Source of the DNA: a bacterium
GTDB taxonomy: Bacteria > Patescibacteriota > Minisyncoccia > UBA6257 > WO2-44-18
DNA length: 64,000 nucleotides
Assembly: GCA_030646995.1 (NCBI GenBank)
Contig: JAUSKF010000002.1
Location: 76,092 to 140,091, forward strand
Direction: 5' to 3'
Part shown: in pieces, positions 47,981 through 56,663 of the stretch
How positions within the stretch are numbered: position 1 is the stretch's first letter
How the letters are laid out: each line of letters begins with the position of its first letter
Notes under the pieces: generated by a model
The model's database searches: none
What the model saw: only the letters and a program-made list of their open reading frames with translations
Told to the model about the DNA's origin: nothing
Program-made: the position numbers and the translations under genes

Positions 47981-50290
47981 CTAAATTTCACAAACTCCTC
48001 CGGCACAAGCTGCTTCCTTCGCGCCCTTGGTTTCATCATCCTGCTCATAAAGCACGATATCAGCGAAGTTAATTTCCGGAAGCTTGGCCTTCAACTCCCG
48101 ATATTTTTCTTCAGCGGTTTTTACTACCACCATTTCTCCGGTTTTTTCATTCACGGCTACATCATCCATAATTTCCTCATAAGGAGATTGCACGTAAACG
48201 TTCTGCTCGGAGAAGAAAGCCAGACCACCCACCATATCCCAATTTTTCCTCACCCAATGCACTGCCTCAATCCACTCTTCGGGCTTGATGTAAATCGAAG
48301 CCGAGGGATTGTGCTCGGTATAATTCTCTTTAAGAATTTTCCAATAATCCAGCTGCTGCACGACATTTTTATCGCGGCGGGTAATTGCTCCCTCTGGAGC
48401 TTTGACCACGAAAGTAATCACATAATTCGCCAGAGCACCCGTGCTCTGATAAGCATCAGCTTCATACGGGTATTTCTGCTCTTTAAGCATCTCAAAAATC
48501 GGATCGGTCGCGGACAAACGAGTGCGGCGAAGGTAGTACTTAGCATAGCGGGTATGCAGGCCGGATGCCGAATTGACCAATTGGGAAACAGTTCCGGACG
48601 GCTTCACACAAGTGATTGCCGTCGACTGATTGATGCCAAATCGCTTGGCATATTCCTTATTAACCTCAACGGCCCTTTCCTTAAGCTTTCGCAAGGTCTC
48701 AGGATTACGCACGGCAGGGCAATCCCACTGACCGGTTAGAGAAACGCCAAGAAGGCGCTCTTCGTCACAATTCTCCTTCCACTCTTTGGACAGATATGGA
48801 AAATTAGTAAGGGTCGCCTGATAGGTGCCCATAATGGTCGCCAAGCGTACCTTTTCCAGCAAAGTTTCCTCGGTATCTTCCGCCCGACAAATAACCTCCG
48901 TAAGGTTACAAAACTGTTTGGACTTCAACACAATTTCACCACAAGGATTAGTGCCGCTAGTGGCGGCATCCTTCTCAAAAATTTTCCAGCGCCGAGGAGG
49001 CAGCTGATCTTTCAGGCCCGCCCGATTAAATATGCCCCGTTCACCGGTTCCGCCTTCAGCCAATTGCTGCCATTCTTTCATCAAAACGACGTCAGTCGGC
49101 TTAGAAGCGTAGGCAACCGAGTTGTTGGCCATATGCCGCTGTTTTTCATCTCTCTCCCAAAAACGCTTATCTTTAGCAACGCGCATTTCCAAATCATCAA
49201 GATTGGACAAAGAAAGCATCGCGCTACGACGCACACCTCCCATTTCTACAATCTCTCCGACCTTACAGGCAATATCATGCACATCAATCGGCTTCAATCG
49301 CCTGTCCTGCCGCTCCAAAACTTTGTCGCGGGCAAACTCCATCAATGCCTTCAATGGTCCGGGGCCGGAACTTCTTCCGCCCATGGTATGCAATCTCGCT
49401 CCCATCGGGCGCAGTTCAGAATAATCAACTTCCACGTCCTTACCGTCATACCAATGTCGCATGCACTTCACAAACGCATCCGCCCATCCTTCTTTGCTGT
49501 CTTCTACGACAATTTTTACCTTAGGCTTCCCGGTCTGACGCTTAATCTGCGGAAGTTTTTCAATACTCTGATACTCCACAGAAAAACCGACTCCGGTACC
49601 GCACATCGAGAGATACATGATTTCACCGAAATCCTGAAGCTCCGAAATGGCGATAAACGAACAATTGTATCCGGAAACGTTGGTGGATTCAGCTGCCCCG
49701 CCGGCGCTCCAGAAAAGCCGCATAGACGGCATAACTCGCATATTGAGAACCGCCTCTTTCAAATCACCATATTCTTGGTCGATCATCTTGTTGCCAAGAT
49801 TTTTAAACATGAAATCGAAGTAGCGTTGAACGCTTTCAATCCAAGTTTCACGCCTTCCTTCCGATTCTATCCATCTGGAATACCGGCTAAAAAAAATGTA
49901 CTCGCTAAAATCATCAGAAAAGAATTTTTTACTGTCAGCTACGAGCTGTTTAACTTTCTCGGGCACTTCTTTTTTCTTTTCCCGGACTTCGGCTCGTTTT
50001 TCCCGATAAAGAATGTAGGCCTTGGCGGTCTTGGTATAGTCCAAAAGCATCAAAGTGCGCTCAACGTAATTTTGAATCGTTTCGATATCCAAAATCTCCT
50101 TCGCGGAATGCTCTTTTTTAAGCGCTTTCAGCACCTTGTCGGAAACACGAGCAGCTTCCTCCTCGCCACCTTCTCCTGTGGCATTTAGCGCCTTAAAAAT
50201 AGCGCTGGTAATGCGGCTCTGCTCGAAATCGAGGATTGATCCGTCCCGCTTACGAACTTTGGTAAACATCGTAGTTTCTTTTTTCATCAC
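47981..50290 (-). CDS. nrdJ: class II (B12-dependent, monomeric RTPR-type) ribonucleotide reductase with ATP cone
   Basis: N-terminal ATP cone VRKRDG; GGVRRSA, TNPCGEI, TCVKPSGTVS; C-terminal CAGGVCE. Confidence 0.9.
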   Translation of the reverse strand: MMKKETTMFTKVRKRDGSILDFEQSRITSAIFKALNATGEGGEEEAARVSDKVLKALKKEHSAKEILDIETIQNYVERTLMLLDYTKTAKAYILYREKRAEVREKKKEVPEKVKQLVADSKKFFSDDFSEYIFFSRYSRWIESEGRRETWIESVQRYFDFMFKNLGNKMIDQEYGDLKEAVLNMRVMPSMRLFWSAGGAAESTNVSGYNCSFIAISELQDFGEIMYLSMCGTGVGFSVEYQSIEKLPQIKRQTGKPKVKIVVEDSKEGWADAFVKCMRHWYDGKDVEVDYSELRPMGARLHTMGGRSSGPGPLKALMEFARDKVLERQDRRLKPIDVHDIACKVGEIVEMGGVRRSAMLSLSNLDDLEMRVAKDKRFWERDEKQRHMANNSVAYASKPTDVVLMKEWQQLAEGGTGERGIFNRAGLKDQLPPRRWKIFEKDAATSGTNPCGEIVLKSKQFCNLTEVICRAEDTEETLLEKVRLATIMGTYQATLTNFPYLSKEWKENCDEERLLGVSLTGQWDCPAVRNPETLRKLKERAVEVNKEYAKRFGINQSTAITCVKPSGTVSQLVNSASGLHTRYAKYYLRRTRLSATDPIFEMLKEQKYPYEADAYQSTGALANYVITFVVKAPEGAITRRDKNVVQQLDYWKILKENYTEHNPSASIYIKPEEWIEAVHWVRKNWDMVGGLAFFSEQNVYVQSPYEEIMDDVAVNEKTGEMVVVKTAEEKYRELKAKLPEINFADIVLYEQDDETKGAKEAACAGGVCEI

Positions 50291-50532
50291 TGCTCCTTTG
50301 CTGGATTCGAATTATTAAACTGCTAAACGGAATTATACAGTTTGGGAACGAATTGGGCAACGAGTGATATCTAAATTTTTATATCTTCAGTCTACTCCCG
50401 CTTTTCAAGATTATAGAAGTGCATAAGTACTTTGTCGGTTGTTTTATCCCGCTACGCGGGATCCCGCCTTATTTATATTTAAAAATAGTGCGGCGGGACA
50501 AAATTCGGATTTCATGGTATCATCCAGGCAAT

Positions 50533-51240
50533 ATGGACAATGAAATTTTCCCGATGCGTCTCAATAAATATCTCGCTTGGAAAAAACTGGCTAGCCGCCG
50601 TGAAGCGGACAGGTTGATTTCAGACAAAAAAGTACTCATCAATGACAGGGTGGCGGTTTTGGGTGATAAAGTTTCAGAAAAAGACGTTGTAAAAATCATC
50701 GAAAGAAAGGGTAAAGAAGAACTTCCAAAATTAACCGTCGCACTAAACAAGCCACGCGGTTTGATTTCGGCCATTAATGAGAAGGGCGGCGAAACAATCT
50801 TTGATTATCTACCTCAATACAAACACCTCAACGCCGTCGGCCGGCTAGATAAAGAAAGCGAGGGTTTAATTCTGCTTTCCAACGATGGAGTTCTCACCGC
50901 CGTCGTTACCAGCGAAAAACATCTAATTGAAAAGGAATACGAGGTTCAGGTTTGGGAAAAAATTCAACCGTTGAGTCTTAGGCGCTTAGCGGAAGGCGTT
51001 CTACTGGATGGCAAAATGACTCTGCCGGCCGTAGTAGAGCAGCTAAATGACATGTCTTTTTCGATAGTTTTAAAAGAAGGACGCAAACATCAGATTCGCC
51101 GGATGGCCGCCGAGACACATCTGACAATTAAAAATTTGAAAAGAATTCGTATAGGGAAAATAACACTCAAAGAAATTGAAAAACCCGGCGAATATCGGGA
51201 ACTGAAGCCGGAAGAAGTAAATAAACTAAAAAACGCCTAA
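50533..51240 (+). CDS. RsuA/RluB/RluF-family pseudouridine synthase with S4 domain
   Basis: RLNKYLA...SRREAD, LNKPRG, GRLDKESEGL, EGRKHQIRRM. Confidence 0.93.
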   Translation: MDNEIFPMRLNKYLAWKKLASRREADRLISDKKVLINDRVAVLGDKVSEKDVVKIIERKGKEELPKLTVALNKPRGLISAINEKGGETIFDYLPQYKHLNAVGRLDKESEGLILLSNDGVLTAVVTSEKHLIEKEYEVQVWEKIQPLSLRRLAEGVLLDGKMTLPAVVEQLNDMSFSIVLKEGRKHQIRRMAAETHLTIKNLKRIRIGKITLKEIEKPGEYRELKPEEVNKLKNA

Positions 51241-51255
51241 GGCGGTTTTTAGTTT
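51223..51255. terminator. bidirectional terminator
   Basis: AAACTAAAAAACGCC-TAA-GGCGGTTTTTAGTTT. Confidence 0.65.
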
Positions 51256-51276
51256 TGGTGCCGCGGGAGGGAATCG
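51256..51276 (-). repeat. displaced duplicate of the tRNA-Phe 3' end carrying CCA (att-like)
   Basis: Minus strand CGATTCCCTCCCGCGGCACCA; 51258-51274 is identical to 51455-51471. Confidence 0.9.
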
Positions 51277-51413
51277 CCTACAACTCTCGCCTCGCCGTCG
51301 CTCGGTTCGGTCGCAGGCCGCCCCTCGCGACCCCGCAAGCTTGCGGGGTATCGCTGCGTTCTTCAATATCCCTACGCGAGCCAAACAATTGGCTCGCTCC
51401 CGCCGCTACAAAC

Positions 51414-51450
51414 AAAAAATAAAGCGCCTTTTCGTGGCGCTTTATTTTTC
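51414..51450 (-). terminator. terminator after tRNA-Phe
   Basis: AAAAATAAAGCGCC-TTTTCGT-GGCGCTTTATTTTT. Confidence 0.7.
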
Positions 51451-51455
51451 TGTTG

Positions 51456-51761
51456 TGCCGCGGGAGGGAATTGAACCCCCGACGCCAGCCTCTTCCAAAG
51501 GCTAGTTGGACTATCTCATTCCCGTTCTTAAAAACTTAAGAGTGCGGGATCGGGCGCTATTGCAGGATTATTGTTGGGACTCACCTGCTAGTCTCTACAC
51601 CTTCCAGAAAACTTAAACCCTTTCTGGCTCGGCTCGGGATTGTCGTATGCATATTTTACTATACATCCGGTTTTCCCCGAATTCACCCAATTTTTCGATC
51701 CGCATTACTACGGAAGGCCCCAAAGATCTAGGGCTGCGCTCTACCACTGAGCTACCGCGGC
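51456..51761 (-). tRNA. trnF: tRNA-Phe(GAA), intron-containing; exons 51761-51730 and 51495-51456
   Basis: Joined exons fold as a cloverleaf: GCCGCGG TA GCTC AGTGGTA GAGC G CAGCC CT GAA GA GGCTG GCGTC GGGGG TTCAATT CCCTC CCGCGGC A. Confidence 0.93.
51496..51729 (-). ncRNA. group I self-splicing intron (234 nt) at tRNA position 33/34
   Basis: Follows U33 and ends in G; P AATTCGGGGAA, Q AATCCCGAGC, R GTAGAGACTA, S ATGAGATAGTCC; P1 GCCCU/GGGGC, P3 TTGGGTG/CGCCCGA, P7 GACTA/TAGTC. Confidence 0.92.
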
Positions 51762-51764
51762 ATA

Positions 51765-52469
51765 CTAACTAAAATTGTGGTTCTTAACGCCATCTATCCA
51801 GCCAATTATGCGATGGAATAGCTTGGTATCACTTATTCTAACCTGCAAAACCCCATAAGGCAAGCGATTAAATGGCCTCTTTCCCATACTGGATTTACTA
51901 ATTCCAAGATAGGTTTTATTAAAGTTCTCCCTGGGAATACCGGTTGTCTTAACCCAATACTTCAGGGTCGCCTCAGCATTCATATGTTGAAAAATTCTTA
52001 AATTGGCTTTTATTTTCTCGACCGGTACTTTACAAATCTTTTTAATAAACGCCAAGAAGACATTGATTAAAACCGGATCAGCATTAGTAAGACTAATGGG
52101 GTGATATGTGACTTCCCTTCCACCTCTCACAATCGGCCGCTTATACCCCTCCGCCCAGTACAACGCCAAACCGATAAAAAATAGATTCTGAATAGAGATA
52201 TTTGCAATCTCGCCGTGCGCTAATTTCTGGATTTCTTCTTTTCTTTGCAGAGCCAAATGAGTTTGATTTTTATTTCTTTTCAAAAGGCCTTCCAACGATT
52301 TTTGTTTGGACCGATTCTCAATTTTTTCCCTTGCACTCGCGGATAAAACTATGTTTTTCAACCATAGCGACAAAGTAGACTTAGAAATACCAGGCAAGGT
52401 TTTCTGGATTTCGCTATAACTCTTGCCCTGCAACCGTAGCTTAATGGCCGAGAATTTATCATTACGCAT
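51765..52469 (-). CDS. HTH plus LAGLIDADG-like homing-endonuclease-fold protein
   Basis: N-terminal HTH (GKSYSEI...ISKSTLSLW); IGLALYWAEG helix followed by ISLTNADP..I. Confidence 0.75.
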   Translation of the reverse strand: MRNDKFSAIKLRLQGKSYSEIQKTLPGISKSTLSLWLKNIVLSASAREKIENRSKQKSLEGLLKRNKNQTHLALQRKEEIQKLAHGEIANISIQNLFFIGLALYWAEGYKRPIVRGGREVTYHPISLTNADPVLINVFLAFIKKICKVPVEKIKANLRIFQHMNAEATLKYWVKTTGIPRENFNKTYLGISKSSMGKRPFNRLPYGVLQVRISDTKLFHRIIGWIDGVKNHNFS

Positions 52470-52597
52470 TATATATATCATAGCGCCGTCGTTCGATTAT
52501 ATCAACCCTCCCGCGACACAAAAATCAATAAATAAAAATCCCCGCCACTATGCCATAGCATAGTGGCGGATATAAAAAACAGGCCCTAGGGCCTGTT

Positions 52598-52870
52598 TTA
52601 TTTTTCCCGATACAAAATGAATTTTTGAGTACAAATGATACCAATCATCACCAAAGCAAAAACGTTGACCCAAATCAAATGAGGATTGTCGAGAACCAAA
52701 CCATAAGCGCACCAGAGGATATGACTGACTAGTGGCCAAGCGGCATAGAAAGCCGTCAGACCAACCTTCTTTTCCCGATAGTGCTTAATAATTTGCGTCG
52801 GCGAAGCCACTGAAAAGAAAATGAAAGTGGCCACCGAAGCCGACCATCCGAGCATATCGGCGAGGGTCAT
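52598..52870 (-). CDS. SemiSWEET/PQ-loop family 3-TM transporter-like protein
   Basis: 90 aa, three TM helices, P.QIIK.Y, LW..YG, N motifs. Confidence 0.7.
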   Translation of the reverse strand: MTLADMLGWSASVATFIFFSVASPTQIIKHYREKKVGLTAFYAAWPLVSHILWCAYGLVLDNPHLIWVNVFALVMIGIICTQKFILYREK

Positions 52871-52917
52871 CCGGACTCCTTTTTATAACCAAAGGGTTCT
52901 GCTCGTATTTTAGCTAT

Positions 52918-54093
52918 TTACCGCTCTTTGGCAATCTTCTCGCGGATTTCTTTCAAAAGTTTTTCCATAAAAGAAAGATTGTGGATAGTGGTCAGAATCG
53001 GGCCAAGCATTTCCTTGGCGTTAAAAAGATGGCTAATGTAAGCGCGGGAATAATTGGCGCAAGTATAACAACCGCAATCTTTATCAATCGGATTCTTATC
53101 TTTTCCATAGCGGCCGGATTTTATATTCAAGCGTTCGCCGCGCAGTAAAGCTCCTCCATTCCTTCCTAAGCGAGTCGGCGCTACGCAATCGAAGGTATCT
53201 ATCCCCCGCTTCACCGCTTCCCAAATATCTTCCTCCGAGCCGATTCCCAACAAATGCCGCGGTTTATTTTCCGGCAATAATGGAATCGTCCAATCCAAAA
53301 TCTTATACATATCTTTTTTAGACTTACCCAAGGAACCACCGATGCCAAAGCCATCAAATCCCATTCCGCCAATTAGTTTCGCGCTTTTCAAACGTAAATC
53401 CTTATAAGCTCCACCCTGCACGATACCGAAAAGAGCCTGACTTTGGACTAACGACTTTGGACTAACGACTTTGGACTTGAATGCCGCTAAGCAACGCTTA
53501 GCCCAATTATGTGTGCGCTCCAAAGATTTTTTAGTATATGCGTAGTCATGTAAAGGGGAAGTGCATTCATCAAAGGCAAAAATCAAATCAGCGCCTAGAT
53601 TCTCCTGAATTTTTATAGATTTTTCAGGAGTGAAGAAATGCTTTGAGCCGTCTAAATGCGAACGAAATTCAACTCCGTCATCGGTGATAGTGGTCAAACT
53701 CTGTCCGCGCGGAGAATTTTGCTTGTGCGCAAGCTCGGCTTCCGACGGGAAGATATTCGCAATCTTGCTCACGCCATGTTCAATTGCCGCCCCTAAGCTA
53801 AAGGCCTGAAAGCCGCCGCTGTCTGTCCAGATCGGCCGATCCCAGTTCATAAACTTATGAAGCTTACCAATTCTTTTCACCGTCAAATCTCCCGGCCTCA
53901 AGTAAAGGTGGTAGGTGTTACAAAGCAAAGATTCAGAGCCGATGGCTTTTAATTGATCGGTGGTTAAGCCCTTAATCGCCGCCTGCGTCGCTACGGGAAT
54001 AAAAGCCGGAGTATTAATCACGCCGTGCTTTGTGTGAATTTCTCCAAGTCTTGCGCGGGACTTTTTTGATTTCTTTAAAATCTTAAATTCCAT
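52918..54093 (-). CDS. tgt: tRNA-guanine transglycosylase
   Basis: NTYHL.LRPG, TDSGGFQ, GIVQGG, PRHLLG, FDCV.PTR, CxCxxC, HNL. Confidence 0.97.
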   Translation of the reverse strand: MEFKILKKSKKSRARLGEIHTKHGVINTPAFIPVATQAAIKGLTTDQLKAIGSESLLCNTYHLYLRPGDLTVKRIGKLHKFMNWDRPIWTDSGGFQAFSLGAAIEHGVSKIANIFPSEAELAHKQNSPRGQSLTTITDDGVEFRSHLDGSKHFFTPEKSIKIQENLGADLIFAFDECTSPLHDYAYTKKSLERTHNWAKRCLAAFKSKVVSPKSLVQSQALFGIVQGGAYKDLRLKSAKLIGGMGFDGFGIGGSLGKSKKDMYKILDWTIPLLPENKPRHLLGIGSEEDIWEAVKRGIDTFDCVAPTRLGRNGGALLRGERLNIKSGRYGKDKNPIDKDCGCYTCANYSRAYISHLFNAKEMLGPILTTIHNLSFMEKLLKEIREKIAKER

Positions 54094-54140
54094 AGAATAC
54101 TTAATACTAGCTACTTTCTACTAACTACTAAAATTGTGCG

Positions 54141-54704
54141 CTAGGCGCGCACGATTTTATAAGGCTTCTTTGTCAAGTCTACTATCTTAGAGCCTTTTGT
54201 CTTTTTATTGATACCTGCATGGATAACCGCATCGATCATTTCCGCCGTTTTCTTGAACATTTCCTTATATTGGGAAGGGTCCCTCAACGGATCTTTTCCC
54301 GCAACGTTAGCGCTGGTCGCTATGATTGGCCTATCGAAGTAACGAAACAATTCCTTGGTCCAACGATGTTTGGCCAAACGAAAAGCGCCGGTGTGCTTCA
54401 TCGCCGCCAACGGAGAAAGATTTTTAGCTTTTAAAATGAAAGTGGTCGGCTTCTTAGACTTAGTCATCGCTTTTTTCTGGTCGGGACTAAAAGAAGCGTA
54501 CTCCGCCAACATATTAAAATCTTTAACCAGAATCGGAAAAGCCTTACCAATCTGGCGGCCTTTTATCTGATAGATCTTCAACAGCGCCTGCGGATTAGTG
54601 GCATCACAGCCGAGTCCATACAGAGTTTCAGTCGGAAAAATCATCACGCCGCCGGCATTAAGGATTTGAGTGACTTCTTGAGGTTTTAAGCTTATTTTAG
54701 GCAT
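54141..54704 (-). CDS. tsaC: threonylcarbamoyl-AMP synthase (YrdC/Sua5 family)
   Basis: PTETLYGL, KGR, TSAN, SKIVD. Confidence 0.92.
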   Translation of the reverse strand: MPKISLKPQEVTQILNAGGVMIFPTETLYGLGCDATNPQALLKIYQIKGRQIGKAFPILVKDFNMLAEYASFSPDQKKAMTKSKKPTTFILKAKNLSPLAAMKHTGAFRLAKHRWTKELFRYFDRPIIATSANVAGKDPLRDPSQYKEMFKKTAEMIDAVIHAGINKKTKGSKIVDLTKKPYKIVRA

Positions 54705-54772
54705 AAGTTAAGTTAACAATGGAAATTATAGCAAAAATCCGCTTAGGTGTCAACCCTAAGCGGATTTGGTGA

Positions 54773-55333
54773 TTACCAGCAAAAAGCGATGAGTCTGATA
54801 ATGAAAATATTGTATAGGAAGTGGCTGAACGATACGGCCGCCAAGGCCTTGAACTGAAACTGGCTCTTGGCGTCCACGCACTTAACAAACAAAAGGCCCC
54901 AAACGAGAAAGAGCACTCCTTGCAAAGCCGCCGCGCAAACAATTGCCATGTTGCGCCCGGCAAAATCACGAAAAAGTTCGTAATGGGCCATTCCAAAATA
55001 AAGACTAGCGGGCAGAGCAACCATCAGCAAAATCCCTACCCTTTTCCGTCCGCAAAGAATTACGGTCAAAGCGATAAGCCACCACTGCGCAATAGCGGTC
55101 TCGCCCAACACGCCCATCATCTGCCCCACCAAATGCATCGCCGACGGAAGATTCCAGTTGATCTCTGGGGGCTCCAAAGAGTAACTCCGAATAATAATTC
55201 CGGTAACCATCAGACCCCAAAGCAAGGAAAAAATCGTAACTGCAAAGCCGATCTTCAACCAAGAGCGCATATCGCTCGGGGGACTCTCTAGACAACTCAT
55301 CGCTTCCGACCAACAACTCTTCAACTTGCACAT
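54773..55333 (-). CDS. membrane protein, degenerate CPBP-like
   Basis: Multiple TM helices; FGMAH and SHFLYN motifs; GAGGTGA SD. Confidence 0.6.
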   Translation of the reverse strand: MCKLKSCWSEAMSCLESPPSDMRSWLKIGFAVTIFSLLWGLMVTGIIIRSYSLEPPEINWNLPSAMHLVGQMMGVLGETAIAQWWLIALTVILCGRKRVGILLMVALPASLYFGMAHYELFRDFAGRNMAIVCAAALQGVLFLVWGLLFVKCVDAKSQFQFKALAAVSFSHFLYNIFIIRLIAFCW

Positions 55334-55411
55334 AACTCACCTCATTTTTAATGAACAAATCCAGTATAGTCAGTTGCTCGTTAATAGCAAATATTGTATC
55401 GTTTCCTCATT

Positions 55412-55484
55412 GGTCTCATCGTCTAGTTGGTCAGGACATACGGTTCTCATCCGTAAAACATGGGTTCGAATCCCATTGGGACCA
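55412..55484 (+). tRNA. trnE: tRNA-Glu(CTC), no encoded CCA
   Basis: Acceptor GGTCTCA/TGGGACC, anticodon arm TACGG-TTCTCAT-CCGTA, T arm ATGGG-TTCGAAT-CCCAT. Confidence 0.95.
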
Positions 55485-55630
55485 CAAAACTCAAAATAAA
55501 TCTGGGATTCGAACCCAGCAGCACACCGTGTTGGAAGGCGCTCGGAAACCAGAAGGTGTCCGAGACGGGGGTCGGGGTGCTGCGATAGTGGTTCGGCAAA
55601 CATTAGGCGGCAGCCTCAATGCGCAGCGAA

Positions 55631-55649
55631 AATCCCATTGGGACCACCA
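55631..55649 (+). repeat. displaced duplicate of the tRNA-Glu 3' end carrying CCA (att-like)
   Basis: AATCCCATTGGGACCACCA; 55631-55647 is identical to 55469-55485. Confidence 0.9.
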
Positions 55650-55652
55650 AAA

Positions 55653-56615
55653 TTACGAGATCAACTTCTTCAACTCTTCCACCATCGGAACATTTTCCGG
55701 GTCAGCTCCGTATGCTTCAGCTAGGTAAAAAGCGGTCCAATCCGCCAAAAGAGTGCTGGAGAATATTTTCTCCCAAACATTACCGCCGGTCATTTCAATT
55801 TCTTCAACACCAAATCCCCTGTCCCGATAAAGCTTAGCGGTCACTGCCATCCGCTTTCCGATGCGCGGATGATCTTCTGAATCGCGCAGGAAAATAAAAT
55901 GGAAATTTTCCGCGATTGGTTTTGCTTTTGGCGCGCAATCAAAGCCGGTCATTTCGTTGTGATTCAATTCCGGAAACCGGTTGGCGAACGCCGGAATTTT
56001 CGCCGTTTCGTTAAATTTTATTTTCCAATTATAAGCGACGGGCATATTCACCCGCGAAGTATAAATAACCGGAACTTTTCCCACCAACTTCTCCGCCAGC
56101 TTCTTTCCGGCAACTTCGGACGGCTTGGTATTCAATTTCGCCACGGCGGCGATCTCTTTCAACGCCTCATCCATCCCCAATAGCGCCAAAATCGCCTTTA
56201 TGCTGAAGCCCGTAGCCATTCTGGGCTGGATACCGTCCGCCGGCAATTCAACGTAAGGCAAACCTAACTCCTTCGCTTTCGCCAGCAACTTCCCTCCCGC
56301 GGCCACCACTGCAACCGCCAAGCCAAATTCTGTCGCCGTCTCCATAGCGCTCAAAGTTTCTTCAGTATTTCCGGAGTAAGAACTGGCGATCACCAAAGTG
56401 CGGCTCAAATCGGCTTCAGCAATTTCCGGCAGGCCATAATCGCGATGGATCACCAGGTCCAGCAATGGATTCCAAACTTTCAAAAGATCCGCTCCCAAAC
56501 TGGAACCGCCCATTCCGGCAACTACAAATTTGCTGTATTGATGCAGTAAATCTTCGTTCTCTATTTTCGGCGCCCAAGCAAACTGCTTGGGGAAATTTTG
56601 GATCGCTTCTTTCAT
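55653..56615 (-). CDS. bifunctional phosphoglucose/phosphomannose isomerase
   Basis: GMGGS, SSYSGNTEET, QPR, FNETAK, PELNHNE. Confidence 0.92.
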   Translation of the reverse strand: MKEAIQNFPKQFAWAPKIENEDLLHQYSKFVVAGMGGSSLGADLLKVWNPLLDLVIHRDYGLPEIAEADLSRTLVIASSYSGNTEETLSAMETATEFGLAVAVVAAGGKLLAKAKELGLPYVELPADGIQPRMATGFSIKAILALLGMDEALKEIAAVAKLNTKPSEVAGKKLAEKLVGKVPVIYTSRVNMPVAYNWKIKFNETAKIPAFANRFPELNHNEMTGFDCAPKAKPIAENFHFIFLRDSEDHPRIGKRMAVTAKLYRDRGFGVEEIEMTGGNVWEKIFSSTLLADWTAFYLAEAYGADPENVPMVEELKKLIS

Positions 56616-56663
56616 TGCCTAATTATAACAAAAAGCCTCCCTCTTGCGAGGGAGGCGCTAAAG

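Noticed and set aside
49064-50188. 374-aa plus-strand ORF, also 46733-47629 and 48188-48739
   Set aside because: Antisense shadows of nrdJ and aceB
47981-50290. Intein or intron in nrdJ
   Set aside because: Continuous ORF of normal length with no intein terminal motifs seen
51256-51340. Possible second complete tRNA-Phe
   Set aside because: Only ~21 nt of the 3' end match; no D or anticodon arm
55351-55728. ORFs overlapping tRNA-Glu
   Set aside because: Spurious frames across the tRNA and its 3' duplication; the repeated SHWDH reflects the DNA repeat
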